Source: the human T2T-CHM13v2.0 reference genome, Homo sapiens
Strand: one strand, 5' to 3'
Assembly: GCF_009914755.1 (NCBI RefSeq)
Contig: NC_060936.1
Length of the DNA stretch: 64,000 nucleotides
Of this stretch, positions 12,119 through 25,049 are shown piece after piece (position 1 is the stretch's first letter; the number at the start of each line of letters is the position of its first letter). The position numbers and the translations under genes are program-made. The notes beneath the pieces are model-generated. The model was given only the letters and a program-made list of their open reading frames with translations, ran no database searches and was not told the DNA's origin.

Positions 12119-12925
12119 ATATTTTTATTGTTGGTTAAGGCAGAAACAGCTAAATTGTTGTGTGATATTTATGTAAACAAATATTTAGCCATTTGTCCTA
12201 ACTTAATGCCAGTTCATCTTAGCTCTAGCTAGGGTTTTAATCTAAGGATATTTTGAACTTGGATTTTTCATATCAGCTTTCCTATTGACCCATTCTAAGT
12301 AAGGTGTTTGGTTTGAAGATTTTCTTATAATAAAACTTGACTGATTTTCAAGACACACGTAGACTCACACATACCTGCCTGGTTTTGTAAGAGTTGGCAG
12401 GTTGCTAGCTGAGAGTCACTCTCTCCTCCCTATTGTCATTTCATACCAAGGACATTACCTAGAGATTTTTACAAATGAAATTTGAAAAAAAAAAAAGTGC
12501 CCGTCCTAATGACAAATGGTCAAGAGAAAATGACAAGGTGGGGCTGTTTGAGGATATACTGAATACTTTACTGATCCTAAGCCAAGCAGAGCCATTAAAA
12601 AATAGTTCCCATGGCATTTCTGGCCTGAGCAGAAACAGTTATATAAGTCATGGGAAAATGCCTCTTCTCATGAAATGCCCCAGCTGAGTTCACATTATCT
12701 GAAGCTGTGATTCTCAAATCTGGGATCACCAGGACGTTTTCAGCAAAGCCTGTGCAATTGTCAACCAGCAGCTCTGTCTCCCTTTGAATTGTTTGTTCTG
12801 ATAGACAAGGGTCTCCCCCAGGTGACCTCATTTCCTCCCTTTCTCCTCCCCTTTCCACACTGGAAAAAATCTCACTTTCTGTTTGTTTGTGCTTTTTTTC
12901 CTCTCTCCTTTCTATCAATGACTAC

Positions 12926-13320
12926 TGTTATGGATTGAATCACAGTCCCCCAAAATTCATATGTTGAAGCCCTAATCCCCAATGTGGCTATATTTGGAGA
13001 TAGGTCCTTAAGGGAAGTAATTAAGATTAAATGAGGTCCTAAGGATGAAGCCCTAATCAATAGGACTGGAGTCCTCATAAGAAGAGGAGGAGGCACCAGA
13101 GGTCTCTCTCTGTGCTCACACAGAGGGGAGGCCATGTGAGAACACAGGGAGCAGGCAGCTATCTGCAAACCAAGAAGAGGCCTTAGCAGACACCAACCCT
13201 ACTGGTACATAGGTCTTGGACTTGTAGCTTCCAGAACTCTGAGAAAACAGATGTATGTCGTTTTTGTTGTTTAATACCATCTGTGGTATTCTGTTATGGA
13301 AGCCCAAGGTGACTAATACA
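12926..13320 (+). mobile_element. Solo MaLR LTR, MLT1B-like
   Basis: Ends TGTTATGG...CTAATACA; near-perfect TSD ACTAC/GCTAC. Confidence 0.88.
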
Positions 13321-13416
13321 GCTACTTAACAAAAATGTCACGTGAACCTTCCTAAGCCACTAGGATGTCACAAAAATACTATTTCTTTGGTAGATTCAGA
13401 TCGATAATGAGGTGTT

Positions 13417-13557
13417 AGTTGGGCATGGTGGCACACACCTGTAGTCTCGGCTACTTGGAAGGCTGAGGTGGAAGGATCACTTGAGCCCCGGAGTTCAAGT
13501 TCACTCTGGGCAACATGGCGAGAACCCCTCTCTAAAAATAAACAGATAAATAAATAA
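13417..13557 (+). mobile_element. Free Alu monomer (FLAM_A-like)
   Basis: Single Alu arm 'gggcatggtggcacacacctgtagtc...ggcaacatggcgaga' followed by an A-rich tail. Confidence 0.85.
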
Positions 13558-13666
13558 CATTTCCTGTCTCTTTGAAAAAAATTGTCTCTGATCCAGGAGT
13601 CTGAAAAACAAGAGTCTGGAAAAGCCAGCTTCTTCCGGCTGCATGCCTGCCTAGATGTGGGTTGTT

Positions 13667-13706
13667 CTGTGTGTTTGTGTGTGTGTGTGCATGTCTGTGT
13701 GTGTGT
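13667..13706. repeat. Imperfect (TG)n microsatellite
   Basis: Direct reading. Confidence 0.85.
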
Positions 13707-13749
13707 TTTCATGTAACAGTCACATACAAGCTCATGTATATTTGTTTTT

Positions 13750-14095
13750 ACTATAGCTAACATTAGTTGAGCACTTACTACATGTGACAAACTGTAAGTA
13801 CTTTGCATGCATTACCTCAAAATCCTCACGCTAACCCTCTGAGGAAGATACTCTTATTTCCTTTATTTATTTTAGTTTTATTTTAAAATTTCAGTTCTTT
13901 TCATTTTGTTTTCTTCATTTGTTTGTATCATCTTTTGACCAACATCTCACAATTATTTCCTTTATTTAATTGGAGAGGAAACCCATATTAAAAGAGTCAG
14001 GGAACATGCCTTCTTTCAACTTCCCATTAGTGAGAGAAAGAGTCAGGACTTGAACTCAGGCAGTCTAATTGTAGAGCTCATGTTCTTACTACCTG
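13750..14095 (-). mobile_element. MIR split by a short TSD-flanked insertion (13870-13952)
   Basis: MIR tail half 'gagcacttactacatgtg...aaccctctgaggaag' and head half 'gaggaaac...ggacttgaactcaggcagtct'. Confidence 0.75.
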
Positions 14096-15699
14096 ATTGC
14101 AGTGCTTCCCATTTTTGTTTATAGGCCTTGTTTTTTATATCTTCTAATGTTCTATGTTAAAAAAAATTCTGAGGCAACTTCCAAAGACATATAAAATATA
14201 ACATGGCATATAGGCAAAGATGAAGAAAAAATAAGGATGAGAATGGAACTTGGATCTAGAAATGAAGGGAATGTATATACTTGTGTTTAACTTGAAGGTC
14301 TCTGGCAGGCAACAAGAAGATGGAAACCTGTTCATTCTTGCAAGGTAAAGTGTTCTCAAATTTAAAATAATTGCAATTGCTCAGCAGAAGCACAACTCCT
14401 CTTATAATTAAGCCCAGGCAAGAATTTCTCCTAAATGTGCATGTGTGATACAGTGAACAAAACCGTCAGCCTCCTTAGTGCCGATGAAGTGACAAGTTCG
14501 CTGTGCCTGCCACAAGTGCACAGATATACGTACATGCACACATAACTGCATCCTCATCAAGCTGCTTATGTCACCAGCTATTCTTCTTTATTCTCTCACC
14601 TTGTGGCTGTGGGTCAAAAATTAGCAAAAATCAATGACAATACCTACATCATTGTGAGAGTCCAGGGATGCATTAATAGTGAAACTGAAAACTATGAAAT
14701 TGGTGGGGGGAACCAGGATTTAGAGAATGTTTTCTCAATCTGGGGGTTGTGACCTAGGAGTAAACTATGAAATCAAGATGGTGGGCCATAATCAGTACTT
14801 TTTAAGATGAAGGAGAATAGAATAGAAAAGTTCAGAGTGAAATGCAAATGGCAAAGGTGAACTGTGTATTATGAGATGTTTCAGTACATGTATGCAGGTA
14901 TATGTACATGTATGTACATTTATAACTAAAATGATATTGTTGTTCCAAAAGGTAACCTATAAAATATATAAAAATATATAATAATATATATAAAAATATA
15001 ACCTGTTTGCTTATATTTACAAAACTGAATATTTCTGTTTTACATATATTCAGATTTAGCCATTTTAATTATAGGATGCGTAGTAATGAGATCCTATAGC
15101 ACTGGTCAGATTCAGTGTATATTCTTAGAGGATATAAGAATAAGAAGCTAGAAAAGTGTCTCTGGTAATTGCTGAAGAAAGGACTATCAATCCAGAAAAA
15201 ATTGTTTTTGGCTTGAATATGGATGAAATGGTTCAAAACCTAGGCCATACTACTAGAACATGGAATAGCACAAATAATGACAGCAACCCTCTACAGTTAG
15301 TTACTATGACAGCTTCCCTTAAATTTGTGCATTATAAAGTCCTTACACTTTGGGGTGAAAAAAAAATGTTCTTTGAGAACATAAGTATATCATTTTGTTC
15401 ACTTAGCATGAGCCTTCTTTAAGGCATTATGAAATTTCGTATCAGACTTGGGTAATAAAAACTGATACAATATGTACTTAATAAAAGATAGTTCTTTTTA
15501 TTATTTTTTTTAATGTTTGTATTAAGATGTTTGCATCTGATCTAGGCAATAGAAAACCACCTGGCAGGTTCAACTTCACATATTTGCTCATATTTCTTCA
15601 TTTTTATAGTCCCTAAAGAGTCTCCATAAAATTTCTATCTAGGACATTGAAAACACTTCTCATTCCCAGGGGTGATAACTCACAGGGTCAATTAACACA

Positions 15700-16203
15700 T
15701 ATACACAGACAACTCTCAAGTGCCTGTCTCCATTGTAGACCTCGATTCTAAGTAATTAGACTTGTGTATTTATTTGCCTACTTAGATATCTTAAAGACAA
15801 CTCAAAATCAATGTCTTAAGTCAAAATGATGAAATCTAGTCTTCCAATGCTGTATTTCTTATCCTAGGGCATGATCGAAAGCCACAAAACAAGGAGTTAT
15901 TTTTGACACCTCAATCTCTTACTTACTTCATCTCTCCATATTGAATCCATCAACAAGTCCTGTTCATTTTTCATTCAAACGTCTTTTGAATCCTCTGTCT
16001 TCAACTTTACCAACACTTTAGTCAAACTACCAGGATTTCTTCTCTGGATCACTGTAATAATCTCCTAACCTACCTATATCTATTCTCTTCTTTTTTAAAC
16101 CTATTCCCCAAATATAGCCAGAATTATATTTTTGAAATTCAAGCTTAAAACGTTCCAATGGCTTCATGATATACTTGGGATAAAAATAAAACTCTTTAAC
16201 ATT
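15700..16203 (+). mobile_element. L2 fragment
   Basis: Typical L2 3' region: 'aatccatcaacaagtcctgt...cactgtaataatctcctaac...gttccaatggctt'. Confidence 0.7.
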
Positions 16204-16204
16204 C

Positions 16205-16650
16205 TGTTTCAGTCAGAAGATACACTCTAAAGAGTTTAACTGAAAACAATTTATTAAAGATGCTATCGTAGAGGTGGGAGAAGATTTAAGGGAATCAACA
16301 AGGAATGTTGGGACCCACCAGTAACAATCAGCTGCGGGATTCCACTTCCACCCCTAGGCAGAGAGAGAAGGGGAGGGAACTGGAACTGTGGGAGAAGTTG
16401 TAGTCACAGCAGCCTGCAGTCACTACCAGAACCATGGTACAGCAGGAAGAGCAGGAACGAATACCCCGACTGCCTTCCTTGCTCACCTTTTGTTCTCCTG
16501 CTGGTGCCTCTCATTCACTAACCCAGACTTAAGACTAGAAGGCTGCAGAGCCCAGGTGGTGCATCGTAGGAGTGAGCTTCTCAGAGCACAGAATAGGGAG
16601 GAGAAGAGCAGAACATTGATTCGGAAACTTATAGGGCAGAACTGTTTCAT
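16205..16650 (-). mobile_element. Old MLT1 (K/L-like) LTR
   Basis: 'tttaagggaatcaacaagg...cacccctagg...ataccccgac...ctggtgcctctcatt'. Family assigned from memory. Confidence 0.55.
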
Positions 16651-16800
16651 GGGCAGCACCAAAAATAAAATTAGATTCAGTCTAAGTCATATGGAATACA
16701 CTTAAAATTTTTTAAAATAATCTAACTGGTAAGAGATCACTATCCCCCACCCAAATCCCTGGTTGCTTAGACAAAGAGTCACTAAGTTGCTTTGGGCTAC

Positions 16801-17179
16801 TGTCTTAGTCCATTTGTGCTGCTATAGCAAAATAAATATGAGTCTGAATAATTTATTAAGAACAGAAAGTTATTTTCTCACAGTCCTGGAGGCTGAAAAG
16901 TTTAAGATCAAGGTGTCAGCAGGTTCCGTTGTCTGGTGAGAAATGCTCTCTGCTTCCAAGGGGGTGCCTTGTCACAGCCTTCTCCAGAGGGAGGAACACT
17001 GTGTCCTTGTATGGTGGAAGGCAGAAGGCAAGCAAGCCGACTGCTGTGTGAAGCCTCTTTTATAAAGGACTTAATTCTATTCATGAGAGGAGGGACCCTT
17101 ATGACCTAATCATCTCTTAAAGACCTCACCTCTTAGTTTCAACACCTGATTTTAGAGGGGACACATTAAAACCACAGTA
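16801..17179 (-). mobile_element. Solo MaLR LTR, MSTC-like
   Basis: Starts TGTCTTAGTCCATT; contains 'ctcacagtcctggaggctg...aagatcaagg'; ends 'aaaccacagta'. Confidence 0.85.
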
Positions 17180-19052
17180 GGTTCCTAAAAATGATTGCCC
17201 TTCTTATGCTTACCTTAGGCAGAACCCTAGAGAATGGGCCTTGCTTAACGAAGCAGGAAGCAAGGATAATAAATTTGCATGACAATATATTTTTAAATGC
17301 ATGGAAAAAATTCAGGCTGGTAGCAGATTAATCAGCGGAATGTCAAGACACTTTGTTTAACAATCTCCACCCTCCTCCATGTGGCCTTTCCCCTTACTTG
17401 GTCCTGCTGATCCAACAGTAGACTAACAAAGTTGGAAGCAGTGACCTGCTCAGTCTTCCCTTTGTTGTCTGGAAGTCAGGACCAGTTCTTATTTTCAGAT
17501 GCCTTTGCAAGATAGCTGGTTTATATCCTGACTTTACATACCTCTTGAAAATCTTTTAATCGGACACACTTTACAGAAATTCATTCATCACACATTTTTG
17601 AGCACTTGCTACGTTCTATGCAACTACAATAGATGCTGGATGACATAATAGATGCCAGACAGTGTGAAGATACAAACTCCTTGACTTCCCATTTTATATG
17701 AAGTTTGAGATAGATGTTGAAATTTTTCATTATTAAATTGGAAAGCATTGCATGTTTATTTTTGGCTTGCTTCCTTAGGCTGTTTTTCTCTGCAATAATA
17801 GTCACCCTGTCTGTGGGTCGATCTGTAGAGAGTAACTACACAGGTGGCTGGCATGACTGTGACAAGTTTTCAGGGCAAACTTGTGGTTTGGGAGGCATCT
17901 GTGTTTTATGTGGGCTGGAGATAGGCTGTTTATTTCCTTTCTCTAGAAACAGGCAGTGACAACAATTGAAACTATTGCCTGTAGGAGTTTTGACTACTCA
18001 TTAAGTCACTTACAGACTACTGAATGCATCTAGTCCAGTTGGGTAGGTCCCTACCTCTGGTGGGACTGCATCTTTCATTTCCTTTTTACCTTGCCAGAAA
18101 AGGAGGCAAAACACTTTCCACATAATCGAGTCAGAGAAAATATATATTTGTACATTCCTTATAACCTTTCCACGTTCACTTTTGATATCATGAAAATTGT
18201 GTCAATATTATGGCACCGGAATAGACTATTCCTTCATCACCCACTTTTAAGCCCCTGCAGTGATCTCTGCACTATAATAGATGATGGGGAATAGAGACAT
18301 GAGTGACCCCAGACCCTAATTTTAAGCGATCTACAGTCTGGTGAGAGATTCAGAAAATAAACAGTAATAATAGACAAGAGAAATACTGTGAAAGAGGAAA
18401 ACACAAGATTCACGAGGGGCCAGAGGAGAGATTGATTAATTTTTCCAGAGGGGAGTTTTCAGAGAGGAAGTAGCCTTGCATTAATACTTGTAGGATGGGC
18501 TTATAGAAATTGTAGAAACTCTTCAGGCATCAAGAGAGGGGTGGGCCTTCTAGACACAGGAACTGTGAAAGTGAAGTGTGGAGAAATGAGAGAGCCTGGG
18601 TGTTCAGGGAAGTGTGAGTAGCCTTACAGAGTGGTGTTCTCAAAAACTGTGTTCCATGAGGTCCAGCTCAGGTTGTTCCTTGGATAAAGGGGCCCATGGA
18701 CAAAAAAGTTTGAGAAACCTAGATGAAACAAATGGAAGCAGATTTCCTTTTTGAATGTGTTATTGGTTTTTCTTATTATGTGATTTTCTTAATGACAATG
18801 TGCTTTGTGATTCTTTAAAATGAGGGTAGAGTATGATGACATGATCAGATTTCTTTGTCCATAGCGTCATTTGTTTGTGGCACATCTATTTGGGAAATGC
18901 TGGGTAGAGTATAGAATGCTCATGGGAGAGTGTTCAGAAATGAGGCTAGTAAGGACAGTAAGGGTAGAATGTAAAACCTGTATCCATGCTAAGTATTTAT
19001 GGGTGCAGGAGGGATTTAGAATGTGTTGAATATTATGACCCACATGACCAAA

Positions 19053-19413
19053 TGTATTAGTCTGTTCTCATGCTGCTGATAAAGGCATACCTGAGACTGG
19101 GTAATCTATAAAGACAAAGAGGTCTGATGGACTCACAGTTTCACGTGGCTTGGGAGGCCTCACAATCACGGCGGAAGGCGAACGGCACATCTTACATGGC
19201 AGCAGGCAAAGAGAGAATGAGAGCCAAGCAAAAAGGGAAACCCATTATAAAACCATCAGATCTCATAAGACTTATTCACTACCATGAGAACAGTATGGGA
19301 GAAACCGTCCCATGATTCAATTATCTCCCACTGGGTCCCTCCCACAACACCTGGGAATATGGGAGCTACAGTCAAAGATGAGATTTGTGTGGGGACACAG
19401 CCACACCACATCA
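19053..19413 (-). mobile_element. Solo THE1 (B/C-like) LTR
   Basis: TGTATTAGTC...CACATCA; perfect TSD CCAAA at 19048-19052 and 19414-19418. Confidence 0.93.
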
Positions 19414-19502
19414 CCAAATGTTCATTTTAGGCAGTTGTGTTAGAAGCAGAGTGACTGAGGCCTGAAGAGACTGAGATGGGAGTAAGGAGATGGTTTGTTT
19501 AT

Positions 19503-19731
19503 CCTCCCTCCCTCCTTCCCCACCACCCTCCCTCCCTCCCTTCTTTTCCTTTCCTTTCCCTTCTCTTCTCTTCCCTCTCTTCCCTCCCTCCCTTTTAATC
19601 TGACACACTTTACAGAAACTCATTCATCACACATTTTTGAGCACTTGCTATGTTCTATGCAACTACAATAGATGCTCCCTTCCTCCCTTCCTTTCTTCCC
19701 TTTTCTTCCTAGCTTCCTTTTCTCTCCCTTC
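19503..19731. repeat. (CCCT/CCTT)n tract containing an 85-bp inserted copy of 17553-17637
   Basis: Direct comparison: 82/85 identical. Confidence 0.9.
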
Positions 19732-20704
19732 TAACATGTATTAAGTGCCCAAGATGCAGAGAATATAACGTCGAACAGAACAGACAAAAGAGTCTGCTCT
19801 GATAGAACTTACATTCTAGTGCAGGGGACAGATACAGACAAAGTGTGGGGGAGGGGCACTACTAATTTAAGGAGGATGGTTAGGGAAGGCTCTAGAAAAA
19901 GATCTTTGAGGTATCTAGTGGAAGGTCAGTCTGGGCAGAGAAACTGCTAATGCCATGCTCTGAGGTGCTGCATTTGCAGTGACTTTGGGGTGTCCAAATA
20001 GAGACTTCCTAAAGGCAGTTGAGTATATAGAAAAGGAATTCAAGGAAGAGGTGAAAACCCAAGACCCATGTTTGAGAAACGTTCCCATATTGTTTCCATC
20101 TGAAGGAATGGGCATGGCTGGAGTGGGGAAAATAGCCAGAACAGGCCAAGTGTGGAATCCAGGACAGAAGATAAAATTGCAGAGTTCAAAGACTACCTCT
20201 CTGAACAAAACCAGAAGAGAGAGGCCACCTAAGCTAAAGAAAGTGTGTGTATTATCAGTGGCTGCACACGCTGACTTTGAACATTATCTGCCAAGGAAGA
20301 ATGGTCAAGAAGGGGTTTAAAGACTTAAACCAAGTTCACTGGAATACAGGTGAGGCAGTTGCCTTCTTTTTTAACAGGGAAGAGTCATTTGAAGAGTGTT
20401 CTTCAAATGGAGAGGGCAGAGCTAAAAAACAAACAAAATGAAGCAAGAGCAAGACAATAAAAACACAACCTAGTAATTTCAGAATTCTGAGCAGAATAGT
20501 TCACATTTCACAAGAGCTGGGGACTTCAACCTTGGGGCAGACCATCCCTGTGGGTTTCTATAGATATCCAAAGGAAGAGTAGACTCTTTCTGGAATGGAG
20601 GAATTTGAGCACCAAGGAGCCAAAAGGCTTAAAAAGGTAATGCAGACTGTTATTTTAACAGTGGACAAACGTGTACCTTTGCAAGTTGTTTATTTAATTA
20701 GGAG

Positions 20705-20890
20705 GTAGAGAGTCGTGAAGAGGCCATGATTTTAAAACCAGGCTGCCTGGACTCCATCCCAGCTCCACCTCTTAGTAACTATTGTGACTTTGACAATTTC
20801 CTTAGCCTCTCTCTGTTTCTGTTTGTTTCTGTAAGTTTGTGTTAGAAAGAATGTATGACTTACAGAATCATAGTAAGTACTAAACAAATT
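20705..20890 (+). mobile_element. MIR
   Basis: 'ccaggctgcctgg...cccagctccacctcttag...gtgactttgacaa'. Confidence 0.7.
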
Positions 20891-22212
20891 AAATCATGTA
20901 GAGCATGGTGCTCATAAGAAGAACCCTAAACATTAGCTCATTTGTTAACTGTGTATACATAAAGCTTAATCTCAATCTAGATTTACACTTCCCTTTAAAT
21001 GGGTTATAAATTATTGCTTGTCTTTGGAATATTGGAGAGAGACCCTGGATCCCACGAGGCAGGAAGAGACAAGCTGTTGAAGAAGCAGGCACCCAGAAAG
21101 AAAGAAGTCATCACTGTCAGAGTAAGTGTAAACCAGGCTCAATTTGGAGAACGCAGAAACATTCTCTGGAGATTGCCAGAATTCACTGGAAGGAGAACCA
21201 CGTAGAAGTTTTGCCTTCCCATAATCAAGCAGGAGGGGAGCAGAGCCTTCATAATTTGGATGTTATCTGTCAATACGATGTAATTTTAGGTGTCATGGTA
21301 GAGTCCTGGGCTGACATACTAGCTACACATAGACCAGAGGGGTTCTCTCCCCAGCTCCTCTGTAGAGGAAAATATGTCACTGGGCCCTTGACAAAAAGAT
21401 GTGCTTTTGTTTCTGCTGAGAGTCTGCAGGAAGGAATGTTCTACAGTATGATTGTCCTCCTTCCTCTGCTTCTAGAAAAGATTAAGGCAGAAGTCAAGCC
21501 AGAAATAAAACTGCTCTTTACTTCTGTCATTGGAGATTAAGCAGATGATGACTAATCACCTGTCCTTCTCTCTGTTTCCAAGCCAAATGAAAAACTTTCA
21601 GTACAACTCAGGACAGCTTTGGGGCTCCGTCCTCGTGTTGTAATGATGTATAGATCTGGACTGCGCCTCTCAGACACAGGGACGACGAGCTTGTCTGGAG
21701 TTTGAAAACATATTTGTAAACTCCTGAGGGAACTTTGGAGGCTGAATAGATTCTCAGCCTCTAGCCTAGTTCTTTGGATTGAAAATCTAGACCACATCTT
21801 TTTATTTGATAAAGCGTCTGTGTCTCTGTGTATATTATGCTTATTACTTCTTTCACTTTTTCCTCATTACGTTTAGTCAAAGAGCTGGTATTCCACTTAT
21901 AGAAAAAGGGATTTCTGAAGCATTTAAAAACAATCCTTAAAAGTTCTGCCATCTGTTTCTGAATCATTCAGAAAACAAAGTGAAGAAATGCAAACCTTTT
22001 TCATAAAACTGGTGGCATATCAGCAGCTCTACTCTTAGGGGGCATGTGACTTGTTTTTCATGTGGATCTCTCAGTTTCTTGACTCTGGGGTTCCAATCCC
22101 AATTCTGATTCCCACTGAACAACAAAAAAGTGCTATGCTGTAGCACTATTTTATCATTTGCACTTTGAGAAGTCCAGTCTTCATAAGTGTGTGTGTGCCT
22201 CGGGGCATTTAG

Positions 22213-22560
<348 letters not shown>

Positions 22561-23534
22561 AAGGGTTTTCAATGAAGATAAACTGTTAAGACATTTTCTT
22601 CTCCTTTTGCTTCATTTTGTGTCTCCTTGCAGTATTTGTGTTTTTTTCCCCCTCTAATATTGAAGACATTTTCTATTTGATTTGTGATTCAACATTCAAT
22701 GTGGAAAGTCTGCTCTCTAAGATCCAGATAGAAACTAATATACTGCTTTAGGTAATCTTACTCTATGACCTTCCTCACTAGATGCCTAATGTAGGACAAG
22801 ATTCTCCTTTTATAGTTTCTGAGTGCCTTCTTTTTATGTGGGAGATTTAGCAAATGATGCTTGACAAATCCTTTCTCATAACTTCTAACTATTAAAATGT
22901 CCTTTTTGTGAGTCATGTTTTCTTTTTACCTTTACTTCGGGAGTTTTAGATTTATGTTCCATACCCTGCAAAAAATAAAGATTTTTCACAATTTAAAAAT
23001 AAAGTCTACTTCATGCAGAGGGCAAAACTCAATACCACAGAGATGCCACCAGAGGCCTGATAAATAAATGGATTAAGAAAGGATCTGGATAAAGTTTGCA
23101 GGGTCACAAAAGACGTAGGTAAACTCTGGGCTATGCCTCACTATAGTAGATCAGATTTGCCCAGTTGTAAGTAACAGAAATTGACTCTGGCTAGCTGACA
23201 CACAAGGAGAAAAAGGGGGAATTCAGCAGAAGGCAACTGGAGAATCACAAATATATAAAGGAACAGTTAAAAACAAAACTATAGGAGGAGAAGTATGAAA
23301 GCAGCTTCAGGGACCTCAACATTCAAAGCCCATGGACTTTTTCTTCAAGGAGCTCTTGAATATAACTGAGCTCCATGGACCCCAGTACTTGTGTCTCTGT
23401 TGTTCACACCTCAGATTCCTGGGACTCAGTATCCAATGGTCCCATTTTGGTCAGTTGTCTGTTTTTATGGCAGTTATGGCAGGATCCTAGAACACAGACT
23501 CAATTCTTAGAACCACACCTGTAGAAGTAAGCAG

Positions 23535-23977
23535 GTATTAGTTTGGGCCCTCTAAGAAGCAGATGCCAATACGGCATTAGGCATGCAAATGATTTACTGG
23601 ATAAAACACCTGTGAAAAATAAAAGAGTGGAACAGAAGATACCATGATGCAAGTCTCACCCCTATGAGGGAGAGAGAAAAGGAAGCAGATTTGAATTGCT
23701 TCCTGAGAACTTAAGACTGCAGCACTAAGGAAATTCTGGCCAAGCCAATTCAAATTCTTGAGCCAAAGTCACCTATCAGAAAATTCTTACAACCTCATTA
23801 GAATGAGCCTGCCTTAATATCCCTACCATTCTCAGTCATTGGCCAAGAGCAGCCCAGGGAAAAGATGGCCTTGGATATGAGTATTGTGGTAGATTCAGAG
23901 TGCAGCAGCTGGGGCCATCAATCAATGATATCCCTCATAGCAGGAGATGTGAGTAGTACATTTCCATGGCTGCCACA
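23535..23977 (-). mobile_element. Old MLT1 (I/J-like) LTR
   Basis: 'tattagtttgggccctctaagaagcagatgcca...tttccatggctgccaca'. Confidence 0.65.
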
Positions 23978-24192
23978 GAGCTGTTCCTCAATAAGAGACA
24001 ATCACAGACAATGGGAAGGTCACCCCAAGAGATGTCCTCTGCATTTGCCTTTTCAGTTAAACTCTTGAGAATTGAGTGATGCCTCTGTTTGAGGCTCTAT
24101 TGGTACCAAGCCATGGGTCTGATCGGACTCAGTAATTTCTAATATCCATTCGACTTTGGCTTTGCATTATCCTGTTTTGTCACATTCTATTT

Positions 24193-24362
24193 TAAGATCC
24201 TACCAAATGAAATAGAGTTGAAACAAATGTCCTCTATAGTATTATATGAAAGTCATCCCTTGGGTAATGATACATAAGACCCTATCAAATGAAATAGAGT
24301 TGAATCAAATGTCCTCTACAGTATCATAGGAAAGTCATCCCTTGGGTAATGATACCTAAGAT
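24193..24362. repeat. 82-bp tandem duplication (2 copies)
   Basis: Units start at 24193 and 24275; 75/82 identical. Confidence 0.93.
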
Positions 24363-25049
24363 GGCTGGCCCTGGGTTGTTTTGCTAATATAAGTAGATTC
24401 ATTCACTGGTTTGCTCTGTTTTTTTGTTTGCTAGGAGCCATATCTATAGAGCTACACTTTGGCTGCTACTTTAACAACAAACAGAGCATGATTTTAATGG
24501 CCAAAACACGACTGCTTTCATGGAGGAAAACAGGAGTTGAAAATAGAAAAAGATCAGAAATGGCATGTTGATGGGGAGAAGAGGTGCCCAGTATTCCAAG
24601 GAGAATCCCCCTGCCCTGCTACATATAATTGATTCTGGCTTTCCCATCTACAGAAGTCTCAGGATTCACTTAAATTACAGTCTTAGCTTTGTTTTCTCCT
24701 TAGCTGCTCACTAAAAGATCCAAGTGAGTTCAAAAATTCCACTGACTATGTAGACATGCAGGCCCTAAGAGAAAAGTAGAGACTTGCTCAAAACCACTCC
24801 ATAGGTATACCTCTGATACTGCACACATACTATATCCTAGGTCTCCTCTGAGACCTGGTACATGTCTTCTGTTCTTTTTTCAAATGTCTTCCTTTGCAAC
24901 TTTCAGTTACTCTTTTGCGAACACGTTATAATGATATTTACTAAGCACTACTTAATGGCATAAATTCTACCTTAAGGCCTTAAAAGCTTTATTTTCAGAT
25001 GTCTGTAAAATCTTGTTTAAGAATAATATGGGTCCAAATAAAATTCTTA

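Noticed and set aside
19915-20441. Overlapping 64-113 aa ORFs in unique-looking DNA
   Set aside because: No recognisable homology, no convincing splice sites and no processed-pseudogene hallmarks.
24193-24362. Repeat units considered as a CRISPR-like array
   Set aside because: Two adjacent copies without spacers, in primate DNA; a simple tandem duplication.
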